Below, piece after piece: positions 43,364 through 57,974 of a stretch of DNA of 64,000 bases (within the stretch, counting starts at the first letter, position 1; the number at the start of each line of letters is the position of its first letter). The translations under genes and the position numbers were made by a program. This DNA is from Eledone cirrhosa (taxonomy: Eukaryota), in assembly GCA_964016885.1 (NCBI GenBank), contig OZ024749.1:55924001-55988000 (forward strand), given 5' to 3'. Below the pieces are notes generated by a model. It was not told the DNA's origin. It saw only the letters and a program-made list of their open reading frames with translations, and ran no database searches.

Positions 43364-43520
43364 TCCAAGGATGTTGTCAACAGACTCACACATTGTGAGT
43401 TAGTGGAAATGGATAGAGAGGGTGGGAGAGAGTCTGAGAGAGAGTAAGGGAGATTGAGACTGATAGAAAGAGAGAGGGAGTGACAGAGAGAGAGAGGCAG
43501 ATAAAGTGAGAGAGAAAGAC

Positions 43521-43572
<52 letters not shown>

Positions 43573-44691
43573 ACAGATAAAGTGAGAGAGAAAGACAGGA
43601 TACAGACAGACAGAGAAAGAGATAAAGAAAACAACAACAATAAAAAAATGAAAGAAAAAAGGCTGAGGCAGTGGAAGAGGAATGGTGGGAGGAAAGGAAG
43701 GAGGAATGGTGGGAGAAAGGAAGGAATGTGTCAGGTAATAATTAATGGTGAAAGAATGAGTGAGAAGAATAATTAATGACATTCAATGAATGATAATTGA
43801 TAAATTATTGAGATGTATGATAGAGAGAGGAGGGAGGGGGACATATATACATACACATAACATATACACACATACACACATACACACATATACACACATA
43901 TTCACACATACACACACATAACATATACACACACACAAATACATACATACATATAACATATGCATACATATGCAAATGCATACATCAATACATATGTACA
44001 TACAAACACACATGCACATGCACACATGCAAACACAGATATGCAAACACAGAAACACATAACACACACACACATCGACAAACACACATATAAACACACAC
44101 AAACACACACGTATGAACACATATGAACACACACAAACACACACACATGTACACATACAAACACACACATATGAACACACACAAACACACACATCCTCTT
44201 TTTCTCCCAATTTCCTTGATGTCAAGTAACTGGGGTAGCATGAAGAAGAGACACCAGTTTGTTACAATGTTAGCTCTCAGATGCTGGAGCAACATGGAAT
44301 GAAGTACCTTGCTCAAGGACTCACACTCACCATCCAAACTGGGTATCAAACTCTACCCTACCATATGATCATAAGCCCAATATCCTGACCACAAAGCCAT
44401 ACATCCCCACCACAAAACACTACAACTGATCTGGCTGAATGTTTGAGGACTTCACAACCTTCTCAGGAATAATTGGCTGAAGAAGGAGAATAATAATAAT
44501 TGTTTTTACTTTAGGCACAACGCCAGCAATTTTGGGGGAGGGGATAGTCGATTAAATTGACACCAGTGCATTACTGGTACTTTAAACACAAAGCTAACCT
44601 TGGCAGAATAATAATAAGAAGAAGAAGCAGAAGTGGTGAGAGGAAGGGAGAGAAATATGTTTGCCCAGAATGTTGGTAATATTGGTTGGAG

Positions 44692-44985
44692 AGACCAACA
44701 CCCTAACCACAAGGCAATGTATGTACCTCCACTACAACCACAAGACCAACACCCTAACCACAAGGCTATGTATGTACCTTCACTACAACCACAAGACCAA
44801 CACCCTAACCACAAGGCTATGTATGTACCTTCATTACAACCACAAGACCAACACCCTAACCACAAGGCTATGTACACACCTCCACTAGAATCACAAGACC
44901 AACACCCTAACCACAAGGCCATGTACACACCTCCACTACAATCATAAACCCAACATCCCAACATCTTAGTCACAAAGCCATACAC
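44692..44985. repeat. 51-bp tandem repeat (about 5 copies) derived from a SINE head
   Basis: Minus-strand unit contains TAGCCTTGTGGTTAGGGTGTTGG, similar to the SINE-B A-box region. Confidence 0.8.
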
Positions 44986-45654
44986 CATTAATACAAGAAC
45001 ACACAGACTTACATGAATTAAATAAACAACACTAGCACAGCCATTTCCTTGCTCTTAATGTTTGATTTTTTCTTAATTTAATTCCATCCGATTCCATCTT
45101 AAACTCAAGGGTTCTTCATGTATTTGGTTAAAATATTTTTATGTCAATTCAATTTATTTTCTATAATGTTCAAATCCAGTAAATCTGTTCTGTTGATAGA
45201 CGTTTCCACAATAATTTAATAACGCTACACTCTCGTAAAACGAAGACAAAAAAATATATGTACAGAGCTTAAAGAAAAACAGCACAAAAAAACAGAAAGA
45301 GCCTCTGAATTCTAGACTTTCTGTTGATTAGCTTATCACTGCCCTCCTCCTCCTCCTTCTTCTTCTTCTTCTTCTTCTTCTTCTTCTTCTTCTTCTTCTT
45401 CCACAGACAAGATGGTAATACAGTTGCCATCTTTATCATCTTGTCATTGTTTTCATTATCATCATCATTATCATCATCATCACCGTTCTCACTATCAGTA
45501 TCATCATCATCATCATCATCATCACCGTTCTCCCCATCATCATCATCATTACCATTCTCACCATCATCATCATCATTACCATTCTCACCTTCATCATCAT
45601 CATCAACATTCTCACCATCAGCATCATTATCATCATCATTAATTATCAGTAATT

Positions 45655-45965
45655 TGAGGGAAATTTTCTTGGAGTTTATCCCTGGTTCTCCTGTTGGATG
45701 ATTTTTGCCTGTCAAATCTGTTCAGTGATTCTTTTCTGAAATATTCTGACCACCTGTCCGTTAATATCGGAGCTGTGATTTCTCAATTCAGAGAAGTAGC
45801 AGCTCTAGCTGGAGCAACTCTCTGATCTTCAAGCTACAAATCTCTCCAGTGATTCTTTCCAGAGCTGTGATCTCTCAATTCAGAGGAATAGCAGCTCTAC
45901 CAGGAGTGACATTCTAATCTCCAACCATCTTTCCCAGGGTCTCCCTCCAGTTAGTTTTGCCTGTT
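45655..45965 (-). mobile_element. RTE-like LINE rearranged fragments (second family)
   Basis: Two copies of AGAGCTGCTA..CTCTGAATTGAGA(G/A)ATCACAGCTC on the minus strand, matching 29160-29185. Confidence 0.55.
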
Positions 45966-47140
45966 GCAAATCTAAATAACCTTTTATTCCTCTCCTATTA
46001 ATTTCTTTACTTCTTCAAACCATTTTTCTTCCCTGCTATTTTTATGGCAGTATTCAGACACATTACATAAGTTTGCAGGTAAAAATATCTGACATAATTC
46101 TCTGTTGTAATCTTTTTAGTTTGACCTACCGGACAACTTTTTTTTACTTCTTCTTCCTTAGTTCTTTCTCTCTTTCATCAATCCTGCATTACACTGCACA
46201 CACACACACACAAACACACACACTATACAAGAACACACACACAAACACAAACACACACACTATACAAGAACACACACATTGACCAGTGATTCACCTTATC
46301 AGATTTGCCACACCACCACCACCACCATCATATATATGTATGTATGCTTTATTAAACTTCCACTCTTCATTTCAATCTCACATTCCACTGGATTGGTTGG
46401 TGTGCTATTGTTTCACATTCTTTCACCACAATCATCATCACCACCAACACCATCACCAACACCATCATCACCAACACCACCACCACCACCACCACCACCG
46501 TACCATCCCCACCAACACCATCACCAACACCACCACCAACACCATCACCAACACCATCATCACCTCCATCACTAACATCCCCACCATGATCACCCCCATC
46601 ACTAACACCACACCACCACCGCCGTACCATCCCCACCACCACCAACACCATCACTGACACCACCACCACCAACACCACCACCACCGTACCATCCCCACCA
46701 CCACCACCACCACCACCACCACCACCACACCACCACCACCGTACCATCCCCACCACCACCAACACCACCGTACCCCCCCCCCCCAACCACCACCGTACCA
46801 TCCCCACCACCACCAACACTACATCACAAATATATTAACAAACCAAGACAAACCAACACCATTCCACCTCAGATCTCCGTCAGATGGGTGTTGGTTGACA
46901 TTTGAAGTATTTGGCAGACATTTCTAGTAATTTGGTATGGAAATTGACACAGTTGCATTTGGTGACATCATCATCATCACTGTCATCAATACTATCATCA
47001 TCATTACCATCATCATCATCACCATCATTGACATTATCAACAAATCATATTACTTTATCAAATATCTAATGGAACAGAGTTACAAACTGTGTTACATTGT
47101 TTCTACAGGAAGGAAAATACATTAAATAAATATCACCCAC

Positions 47141-47169
<29 letters not shown>

Positions 47170-47174
<5 letters not shown>

Positions 47175-47200
47175 GGACTAGCATCCGAAACGTTAAGACC
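47170..47200 (+). ncRNA. Minimal hammerhead remnant, 5'-truncated
   Basis: (TA)n-TGA-A-GGA CTAGCA TCC-GAAA-CGTTA. Confidence 0.45.
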
Positions 47201-47270
47201 CTCTTCCTGCTATATCAAGTTCTATATACTGTACCGATTGTGTTGTTATTTCTGTTTACCTTTTACATAT

Positions 47271-47316
<46 letters not shown>

Positions 47317-47349
47317 GTATATATATATACATGTAGATATATGTATTAT

Positions 47350-47458
47350 AAAGAGTCAGGACCCAACGGCTGAGCTCTTGCCGTTTCAACAGTTAGTTCC
47401 CGACTCTTTATAACATAACTATACTCTACTAGCCCAAGTATCGGGTACTCTCCAACTA
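47350..47458. mobile_element. Family 2 element, internally inverted chimera
   Basis: Minus-strand ribozyme half followed by plus-strand CTCTACTAGCCCAAGTATCGGGTACTC. Confidence 0.5.
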
Positions 47459-47481
47459 GTTTCAAACTGAATCCATCCTGA

Positions 47482-47517
<36 letters not shown>

Positions 47518-47530
47518 TCTCTAGTTTTGT

Positions 47531-47639
47531 ACTCCTGAAGAAGAGCTAAAGCCCAACACGTCAAACATTCTTTCCCCTTTTCCATATAAAGTGTGAGACT
47601 AATAAGTCTTTTTCTACCTCTGTTTGTTGTTTCCTTGAA

Positions 47640-47640
<1 letters not shown>
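47531..47640 (+). mobile_element. Degenerate copy of the 18836 minimal-hammerhead family
   Basis: CTGAAGA-A-GAGC TAAA GCCC-AACA-CGTC; downstream AGTGTGAGACTAATAA resembles AGCGTGAAACTAATAA downstream of the 18836 copy. Confidence 0.4.
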
Positions 47641-47684
<44 letters not shown>

Positions 47685-49023
47685 GGGTTTATTGCTGGTA
47701 CATTTACAGTAATACAGTGAGTGTGAGGCAATTGTTAGGAGACCTGAAACCTCAATAGTTTAGTAACTAATTAGATATTCTCATTAACTCTAGTTTTAAT
47801 CCAGTTTAGTTGTTCACGGCCAGACTATATCCATGTTTACATACACACATACATACACACACACACTCATACATACACACAGTCATACATACACACATAC
47901 ATAATCAACCACACACAGTCACAGGTACATACACACACTCACTCACACACAGTCACACATACACAATCAACCACACACACACACAATGATTAATCAAGTA
48001 GACACCCACTTATGTATGAGATCTTAGTCAACATGGCTGTTCTTTTGTTCTGGTCACATTGTTGTTGTTGTTGTAGCTACCACCACCACGTTCATCATCA
48101 TCACCACCAACACCATCATCATCACACCCACCACCACCAACACTACCCCCCTCCCCCACCACCATTATTTCGTGTTTCTTTGTTTTGTTGGTATTTATAG
48201 TGTTTCTTGTTGTCTTTGGTCGTCACAAAACCAGATAATTACTGTAAGGGTGTGTGAAATACTATATATAGAATACTTGTTGTTTAACCCTAGGTTAACC
48301 TCGGTGGATTACATACTATGTACGTATGATCACACAACTCCTTGTAGAGTGGTAGCGGGGTCGTATTAATATACAGCATTTCTTGGCCTTTTTAAGCCTG
48401 GCAGAGCCCACGCCTATCCAGGGCAGACTACAGCAGATTTCTTCCAGAGAAAGATAAAGAAAGTGAGAGAGAGGAGATGAGAGAAAGAGATAGAGGAAGA
48501 ATCGACCCCAGTATTAGACTTATGATTATAAACGCCATTATTAAACATGGCTGTCTTCTCTCAATCTTGTCAGATGTCTGTATTTTAGCTGTGTTCTTCG
48601 TTGTTGTTTAACCCTAGGTCAGTCCTGAGTGAGTAGACAGGCCTAACGTCAAAGGCATTCCAGCCGTGACCACCCAGTCTTTATTTCAAGCTGAGTTATC
48701 TAGAAACTATATTATCCAGTAGAGTGTAGTTGTCGGGAATAATAGAAAATCGTGAATTGTGGAGAGACTTTGTCAGAAATGTTCGACTGTGGTCGCAATA
48801 ATGACCTTCCCTTTTCAAGGTGGTAGGGTAGGATTTGAGGCAAATCTGGCTGCTTCATCAACCAGATCAAATGACCACCTAAAGTCTCGTTGGCTCCTGT
48901 CTGTTATTGTTGTTTAGCGGTCAGGCTTGATCCAGTAGAACTATCAATAAAGGCACTGCATCTATTCTATATTAAAGTCGATTTGTATAACGAGGAGTAG
49001 ACAGCCATAATTTAGTGTATGTA

Positions 49024-49108
49024 TGAAGATGGCAGTTCGCCGTGACGTTATTGGGAATCTCACGTGACGTTATTTGAGTTACGCTAGATATATTCAAGAT
49101 GGCGCTAA
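49024..49108. promoter_or_regulatory. Candidate housekeeping-type promoter
   Basis: Two YY1-like AAGATGGC, TCACGTGAC and two GTGACGTTATT in an 85-bp CpG-retaining patch. Confidence 0.35.
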
Positions 49109-49654
49109 TATTTACCGAGTTTCATATGTTATCGTGTGCCGTACATAGTTTGATGGGGAAATATTTGTTCAATATTAACTCTATAGTATTTAAACTCTCT
49201 CACATCTTTCAGTCGAAGCCGGCCATAACTAGCCACTTATACTGATGTTAAGTAATTATTCTCAAAACAAATAATATCAAAATGTCATAGATTCGATATT
49301 ATGCCTTTACCATGAAAATATAATAGTAAATATAGAGTAATGTGAAAGCTAAGTTCACCCGTGGTTTTTATGATACCGAGGTACATTTCTTTCAAGGTAG
49401 GTCTCTCTAATAACATTTTTATCCTGTTTAAAGAGAAAATTTACTAACCCATCTAACCCATCGTCGAAATTATTTGACATGTGATGTTTTTAGTTTGGAA
49501 ATTGAAAGTGTCTCCGTTAGGGATATGTTAAAAAGATGGAAAACTGAATTTTATCTCGGCAAACACACGTGGAAATGGTTTTATTTCTCCTAGTTAAAAG
49601 AATGACCGGAATAGCCAGCATATGCATGAATGTCAGGAATTTACCAGTTTAAAC

Positions 49655-50200
49655 TAGTGTTTTGGTGTAATAATAAAGAGGGCGGGTCTAGTTGAGGTGA
49701 AATCGTTGTGCCGTAATGTTGTTATGAGATGCAAGTGGGATTTATGTTCTGGGTGGATAGCACAGGGCCCAAGCCTTGGGTGTACCTTAAAGGTGATGCC
49801 AACATGATTTGGGCAATGCTGATGGAATAATTTCCACATCATGCAGATAATATAGCATTCACGGCGGCATTGGAGAGAATAGAATTTGAGCTTTTCTAGT
49901 TGACTCCAATAGACCAGCCTGCCATGCCATGTCATTTTTGTAATTGACCTTTGAGGTACTTTAATTTTCATAATACTTTTTTTCCGTGTGGGAAGACCAC
50001 AGTGGACAACAGTATTCAATGTGGGGTCGGGCAAAAGTAGAGAAGAAAGGATAACAGTGTGGATATTTCTCTATTGGAAAGTTCTGAGAATCCAGGAACA
50101 TTCTGCGGACCATGTCAGCTTTGGTGTTTACATGAGTGGCGCAGCTTATGTTATCAACAATTACTCCCAAGTCTTTGGTGTTGTTGGGTGCCACCTGAAG
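49655..50200 (-). mobile_element. CR1-clade LINE, C-terminal RT region, frameshifted
   Basis: KDLGVIVD, RPHIEYCCPLWSSH and YWSQLEKLKFYSLQCRRECY motifs. Confidence 0.8.
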
Positions 50201-50206
50201 AAAGGG

Positions 50207-50253
<47 letters not shown>

Positions 50254-50775
50254 GTATGTAGTTGACGGCCGAAAGAATAGAGTACTCCTACCGTTTAAAT
50301 ATTTATTTTATTAAGGGTAAATAGTGACTCTTGTTACTTTGGAATTCACCTGCTCCTCACAGGCAAGTTCTCTCTCTCTCTCTATATATATATATACACA
50401 CAGACATATATATATATGTATATATATGCGTATATATAGATATACACACACATATATATAGACGTATATATTTGTGTGTGTGTATATGCATACACTCACA
50501 CATTAACCCAGTCACAAACATACATACACACACACATATAATATACATAAACACAAAGACGAATATAAAAAAAAAGAATAGACCCAAAACAACACAAACA
50601 AAAATAAAAATAAGTTTAATTAAAATTTAATTAAAATCTTTGTCATTGGCAATTCCCAAGAAAATGTAAGGAGACTGTCCAAGAAGCACCATACCATATA
50701 TACACACACACACATATATATATACACACACACATATATATATATACACACACATATATATATATATACACACAT

Positions 50776-50808
<33 letters not shown>

Positions 50809-51180
50809 CACACACCATACCATATATATATATATATATACACATACACACACATATATATATACACACACATATACACACACACACATACACACACACA
50901 CATATATATACACATACACACACATATATATACACATATATACACACACATATATACACACACATACATATATACACACACACACACATACACATACACA
51001 CACATACACATATATATATATACACACACATATACACACACCATACCATATATAGGCAATAATTTGATGCTGAGTCTTGCAGGATCATTCCATTAATTAT
51101 TCACTGTTATACAGAATTATTTTTGTAAAACTTGTTCGAGCTGCAAATTAATTAGCGGAAACGCTGAGGAAAATGTGATA

Positions 51181-52320
51181 GCACTACCACCTCTACTACC
51201 ACCTATACTGCTAGTACTACCACCTCTACTGTTACTACTGCTACTACTACCACCTCTACTGCTACTACTGCTACTACTACCACCTCTACTACCACCTATA
51301 CTGCTAGTACTACCACCTCTACTGTTACTACTGCTACTACTACCACCTCTACTACCACCTATACTGCTAGTACTACCACCTCTACTGTTACTACTGCTAC
51401 TACTACCACCTATACTACTAGTACTACCACCTCTACTGTTACTACTGCTACTACTACCACCTACTGCTACCACCTCTACTACCACCTTTACTGCTACTGC
51501 TAGTACTACCACCTATACTGCTACTACTACCACCTCTACTGTTACTACTGCTACTACTACCACCTATACTGCTAGTACTACCACCTTTACTACCACCTAT
51601 ACTGCTAGTACTACCACCTCTACTGTTACTACTGCTACTACTACCACCTCTACTGCTACTACTACCACCTATACTACCACCTATACTGCTAGTACTACCA
51701 CCTCTACTGTTACTACTGCTACTACTACCACCTCTACTACCACCTATACTGCTAGTACTACCACCCTTACTACTGCTACTGCTACTACTACCACCTCTAC
51801 TGCTACTACTACCACCTCTACTGCTACTACTGCCACCTCTACTACCACCTCTACTGTTACTACTGCTACCACCTCTACTACTGCTAGTACTACCACCTAT
51901 ACTGTTACTACTGCTACTACTACCACCTCTATTACTGCCAATACTACCACCTATACTGTTACTACTACTACCACTACTACCACCTATACTGTTACTACTG
52001 CTAGTACTACCACCTCTACTACTACCACTACTACCACCTATACTGTTACTACTGCTAGTACTATTACCTCTACTACCACCTATACTGTTACTACTGCCAG
52101 AACTACCACCTCTACTATCACCTATACTGTTACTACCAGTACTACCACCGCTACTACTGCCAGTGCTACCATATCTACGACCTCTGCTACCACCTATACT
52201 GTTATCGCTACTACTACTGCTTCCTCTACTACCACCACTATTACTGCCAGTACTACCACCACTACTACTGCCAGTACTACCACCTCTACTACTACCACCA
52301 CCACTACTACCGCCACTGTT
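51181..52320. repeat. Compound (CTA/CCA)n trinucleotide satellite
   Basis: Recurring ACTACCACCTCTACT / ACTGCTAGT modules. Confidence 0.85.
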
Positions 52321-52554
52321 GGTGTGAAGTTGGGCTTACTATCTCACCTGAGGTCGATGGATAAGAAACTATATAAGACGTAAGATATCGGCCCTGGTCA
52401 AACCGTGAGAGGGAGGTGCACCACTGGGCCGTAGTTACCCAAGAGACGCTCCTTAATCAAACATCAAACATACATCCTTTTATTATTGCCAATAGTTTCT
52501 GTAATGACAGATGTCGCTGCTGGATCGATTATAAAATAAATATTCAAATAATAC

Positions 52555-52722
52555 TTGTTTCTACTTTTGGCACAAGGTCAACAATTATCCCAGTGTATTA
52601 CTGGTACTTTATATTATCGACCCCGTAAGGATGAAAGGCAAAGTTAACCTCGGCGGGATTTGAACTCAGATCGTAAAGGGACGTAACTACGCTGGAAAGA
52701 ATACCAATACTGCCAATTCACC
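52555..52722 (-). mobile_element. SINE family A
   Basis: Near-identical to 13202-13379. Confidence 0.85.
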
Positions 52723-53485
52723 AAAATAATCAGAAAAAAGCAAAAAAAAAAAAAGCAAAACAGAACCGTTTTAAGTATTTATAATCAGCTTTTTGACTCT
52801 AATGATAATTTTTGCGTCATGGAAGAATATTAAAAATGATCTTCATTATAGCGAGTGATATCTTTATAATGTCAGGCTGTTATTGCAACAATAAACGGAA
52901 CATATGTGATAACAAACATTTAAAGGAGAGTGTTGTATTTAAAATAAAAAAAAGACTAAATAGAAAAAAAAGCAAGAGTTAGGATTAAAATTTCTATACT
53001 TAACTTTAAAAAAAACCAGAATAAATAAATAGATAAATAAATAAACAAAATATATAAAATAGATGAAATAAAATTTTTAAAAATATATAAAAAGAGGAGG
53101 AAATTATTAAGATAAGATATGAATTATATTAAAAATGACGAGAATAAATAAGTATAGCATTATTAAAATAAAGGAACCATTATGAAGTATAAATATAATG
53201 CTTAGAACCTTTATAATGTTAATCAAAAGATATGCATTACTTGGAACTCTATTAAATATTACGAGAATATCGGAAATAATTATGATATTCCGAACAAATC
53301 ACTATTATACAGTAATATAGTAAATATAAATAAAAATAAAAATAATTTTATTATGTTAATCTAAAGTATAAATTCTAAGGTTGATTCTTAGAATATGTAG
53401 AAATCTGAAAAGCAGGAAATAATTATAACTACAGTCTATTGCTATAAATAATAGGTTAGAAGGTTGACTAAAGTATTCCTTCTAT

Positions 53486-53648
53486 AGGCGAAAAATGGTA
53501 GCGAATTGATAGTCGTTAAAACGTCGGATAGAAGCTTTGTGGTTCCGGTTCTCTGCTCTCAGAGTTCAAAACCGGCCGAGGTCAACTTTGCTTTTCATTC
53601 TTTCGAGGTCGATAAAAATAAGTACCAGTCTAGTACTGGGGTCGATTC
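53486..53648 (+). mobile_element. SINE family A
   Basis: GAGTTCAAAACCGGCCGAGGTCAACTTTGCTTTTCATTCTTTCGAGGTCGATAAAAATAAGTACCAGT. Confidence 0.75.
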
Positions 53649-54390
53649 TTCCTCTATATCTCTTTATTTCCTCGCTATCACTTTCTATCCATCTCTGGAA
53701 GACATCTGTTGTACTCAGGCCTGGAGAGGAGATGGGTTCCACTAGGTTTTTTTTAAAATGCCCCAAGAAACGCTGTATGTTACTACCGCCATCGACTAAA
53801 CCAGTTCCCCCACCAGACACTGGTCTGGACAGGCATCTGCCAGTTACTGGCACAATGTAACGCAGTACAACCTGCTTCATGTTCGAGTAGTTATCGACTA
53901 AACCAGCCCCCCCCCCCTCCTGTCAGTCCCTGGCCTTGTTAGGAGTGTAAGTGGAACCCCAGCAAGAGTTGCGACTGGTAGATAGCATCAGCAATAGAAA
54001 GGCCAATAGAAACATTGTTTCCATTGGTCCGATCTGACAAGTTCCCCCCCATCACCAACACCCACCACCACCATAATCCCCCCCCCCCCACCACTCGGTA
54101 AGTGAATGAGGTTTTAGATCTTGTCTATCGTCTGCTGAAGTTGTTTGTTAAAGAAAAAGGAAATAAAGGTGTTTAATTTTAGAGAATTTAAACATTACGA
54201 TGAAATAAGAAAATTCTATTATCTCTGTAAGACCATAAAACCATTCTTGAAATAACTAGGAAGAATTTGTGAGAGCAGCAAATGATAACCTCTTGTCTAA
54301 GATTGGAAAGAACTTTACCAGACATTGCTATTTCAAGTGATTTCACAGAACAAAGATTTCATTCAGATCCCCTCCTTTTAGTGAACATTA

Positions 54391-54501
54391 CCTGAATTAA
54401 TAATTTACACCAAACATGCTATATCCGTTTAATTTATTTGATGTAGTCTTTATGCAGCTCTAAGGTAGGACATACATATGCTAGGAGGTTATTAATTCAG
54501 G
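54391..54501. mobile_element. Small MITE with TA target duplication
   Basis: TA|CCTGAATTAATAA ... TTATTAATTCAGG|TA. Confidence 0.55.
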
Positions 54502-55182
54502 TAATCGTTACAAAATTCATAAATATGACATGTTTACAGGTTTATATAAATGTGTGACTACATAGACATTTCTTGTAGCTTCAGTTAAAACCTGTACTGT
54601 TTGTGTGCAGAATATATATGTATGTATGTGTTTGCATGTTTGTAAACCCCTAGTTCTTGTTAGGACATCATACCAGGAGAAGGAGAACTCTGATATAAAA
54701 CACACGCACACGCACGCACGCACGCACGCACGCACACAACGGTAGATATGGCTTCTAATTTAGGCTCAACGTCTGTAGATTTGCTGGGAGGGTAAAGTCG
54801 ATTATATAATCACACAATCCCACCCAAGTATTTAACTGGTACAATACTTTATTTTATCGACCGTGAACCTCCAGGCTCGAGACAAACTTTAGATACATTC
54901 CCATTGTGTAAAATAGTACTTGACTGTTATTTTATTTTATCAACTCCGGGAAAGATGAAAGGGAAAATTGAGCTTGGTGTTATTTGATCTCAAAACGTGT
55001 AGGAATATAACGTTGACAATACCGCAAGGTACTTTGCGGTCTGCGACAACATTACTGTCAATCCACAGTGTGTGTGTGTGTGTGAGCGAGAGAGGAGAGG
55101 GAGGGAGAGGTAGTGAGATAACGAGAGATAATTATGTAGAAAAGGAAACAGAAGCCAGGTTAAAGTGACACACACACACACA

Positions 55183-55215
<33 letters not shown>

Positions 55216-55318
55216 GAGTGAGAGATAGAGAGATGTGTAGGTAGATAGATATATATATAGAGAGAGATGTGTAGGTAGATAGATATATATATATATATAG
55301 AGAGAGATGTGTAGGTAG

Positions 55319-55351
<33 letters not shown>

Positions 55352-56394
55352 TGTAGGTAGATAGATATATATATAGAGAGAGAGAGATGTAGGTAGATAG
55401 ATATATATATAGAGAGAGAGAGAGATGTAGGTAGATAGATATATATATAGAGAGAGAGAGAGATGTAGAGATATATATATATATAGAGAGAGAGAGAGAT
55501 AGAGAGAGATGTGTAGGTAGATAGATATAGATACAGAGAGAGATAGAGATGTGTAGGTAGATAGATATATATATAGAGAGAGATGTAGATATATATATAT
55601 AGAGAGAGATGTAGATAGATAGATAGATAGATAGATAGATATATATAGAGAGAGAGATGTAGATAGATAGATATATATATATATAGAGAGAGATGTAGAT
55701 AGATAGAGATATATATAGAGAGATAGAGAGATGTAGGTAGAGATATATATAGAGAGAGATGTAGGTAGACATTCACCTGTTCTGATGAAGTCATCGGTCA
55801 GGTTGTGGATCAGGTAGGTAGAGAGAAAAGGACTCTGAGTCATTGACATAAGTAACAAAAGACCTACTACTAGTTCTACTACTGCTACTACTATTGTTAC
55901 TACTACTACTGCTACTACTACTGCTACTACTACTACTACTAGTGCTACTACTACTACTACGAAGTGGGTTGGCTTAGCGAGGAGAGAGAGAGAGATGGAG
56001 TGAGGGAGAGGGAGATGGATTGTAAGAGACGCAGAGAGTGGGGGAGTGATGGGGAGAGAGAGTGTTAGAATGTGAAGGAGGAGGGGGAGAGTGAGTTAAC
56101 CTTCATTGATAACTCCCCCTTCCACCTCCCACTGTACTCTCATTACCCAATAAAATCAAACTTAGATAAACTTTGATTGAAATAATGTTGTTTAACCCTG
56201 GGCCTACCACCAGCGAGTAAACCAGACCTATGATCAAACACATTCCAATTCTGACCATCTCGTTTTCTTTTCTTATCTGTAGTGGGTTGCCTAGGGCCGC
56301 AATATCTAATGATAGTGGTACTAGTAGTAGCGGCTGTAGTGGTAGTAATGGTGGTGGTAGTAGTAGTAGTAGTTCGTGGAATTAACGTGCAAAT

Positions 56395-56672
56395 GACTGA
56401 GCATTCCACAAACACGTGTGTCGTTAACTCAATTCTCACGGAGAGTCGGCGTGTCACAGTATATGTGTGTGACAAGACTGGCCGCTTGAATTACAGGCAG
56501 GTACAGTCCATCCAACGGGCTTCCAAACAGTTTCCGTCTACCAAAGTTCACTAAAAAAGGGCCGGGTTGATCTGAGGCTGTATTAACCTTGTTTGTCCAA
56601 GATCACCATGCAGTGATATCGAACCCAGGACATAAGGATTGCGAAGCGAACTCCTTAACTATCCGACCACAC
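56395..56672 (-). mobile_element. tRNA-derived SINE family C
   Basis: CAGTTTCCGTCTACCAAA...GCAGTGATATCGAACCC...GCGAACTCCTTAAC; relatives at 8230-8357, 16955-17110 and 24060-24320. Confidence 0.65.
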
Positions 56673-56673
56673 A

Positions 56674-56880
56674 GGCCTAGTGGTTAAGGTGTTGTACTTA
56701 ATCATAATGACGTGGGTTCGATTCCTGGGCTGGGTTGTGTGTTGTGTTCTTGAGAAAGACACTTCATAGCTTGGGGTTTACCGTGCGATAAACTACCGTT
56801 TTGTCCAGGGGGAAGTCTTGTCCTCTCAGTCGCTTCACGCCACGAAACTGGGATAAACACTGGCCTGGTGAGTCTCCCTG
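56674..56880 (+). mobile_element. SINE family B
   Basis: GGCCTAGTGGTTAAGG...GGGTTCGATTCCTGGG...TGTGTTCTTGAGAAAGACACTT. Confidence 0.75.
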
Positions 56881-56953
56881 AGACAGACTACACACATCCA
56901 CTCGCAGATCCATAGAAGATATACTTGGAACTAGGTGTGTGTGTGTAGGACTG

Positions 56954-56984
<31 letters not shown>

Positions 56985-57468
56985 CTGTTGGTGTGTGTGT
57001 GCATGTTTGTTGGACTGTGTGTGTGTGTTTGTTGGAGTGTGTGTATATGTCTGTTGGTGTGCGTGTGTAGGACTGTGTGTGTATGTCTGTTGGTGTGCGT
57101 GTGTGTGTTTGTTGGAGTGTGTGTGTATGTTTGTTGGAGTGTGTGTGTAGGACTGTGTGTGTGTGTATGTCTGTTGGTGTGCGTGTGTGTAGGAATGTGT
57201 GTGTGTTGGTGTGTGTATGTCTGTTGGAGTGTGTGTGTATGACTTAGTGGTGAATATATGTATGTGTGTGAACATACGGGTCTATGTATATATGTAGGAT
57301 GCCGTGGGTATCCCCTTCTATTTACTATAGTTGAAACAAAAATAGACGCCATTGTACGTACAGCAGTGTACACACACTTATATATATATACACACACACA
57401 CACACACTTATATATATATATATACACACACACATACACTTATATATATATACACACACACATACGCT

Positions 57469-57511
<43 letters not shown>

Positions 57512-57974
57512 ATATATATATATACACACACACATACACACTTATATATATATACACACATGCACTTATATCTACACACACACACACACACCACACACAA
57601 TCCTAATCATGTGAATACTCTTACAATTACACGCTCGAATACTCGCGTGTACACCACCCACATACATCTTAACACACACACAGATACACACTTACATACA
57701 TAGACATACACAAATTAATATACACATACACACATTGCTATTATATATGTGTTAACTCGTGAGTTTTGACAATAACATATTGTCCATTAGTTGAGTCAGT
57801 GGTATTCCTGCAGACAATACCCCTGGCCTGCACGAGGTACCACCTAATGGTCTTCTGTAAGATACTTTACAGATCTATGTCGATGAAGCTATTACGGTAG
57901 ACAATACCAAACTTCACGAGGTGTTTATGTAATGGCATTCTGTAAGATGAATCCAAGGCCATAACACAACACCC

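Noticed and set aside
51175-52383. 402-aa Leu-rich then Thr-rich mucin-like ORF
   Set aside because: Both halves are the same trinucleotide satellite read in different frames across a small deletion near 51460. There is no unique domain.
55776-55863. Possible minus-strand micro-exon (LLLLMSMTQSPFLSTYLIHNLTDDFIRT, ending AG|GTGAAT); also a CTGATGA on the plus strand
   Set aside because: No polypyrimidine tract, unrecognised peptide and no partner exons. No GAAA/stem arrangement for a ribozyme.
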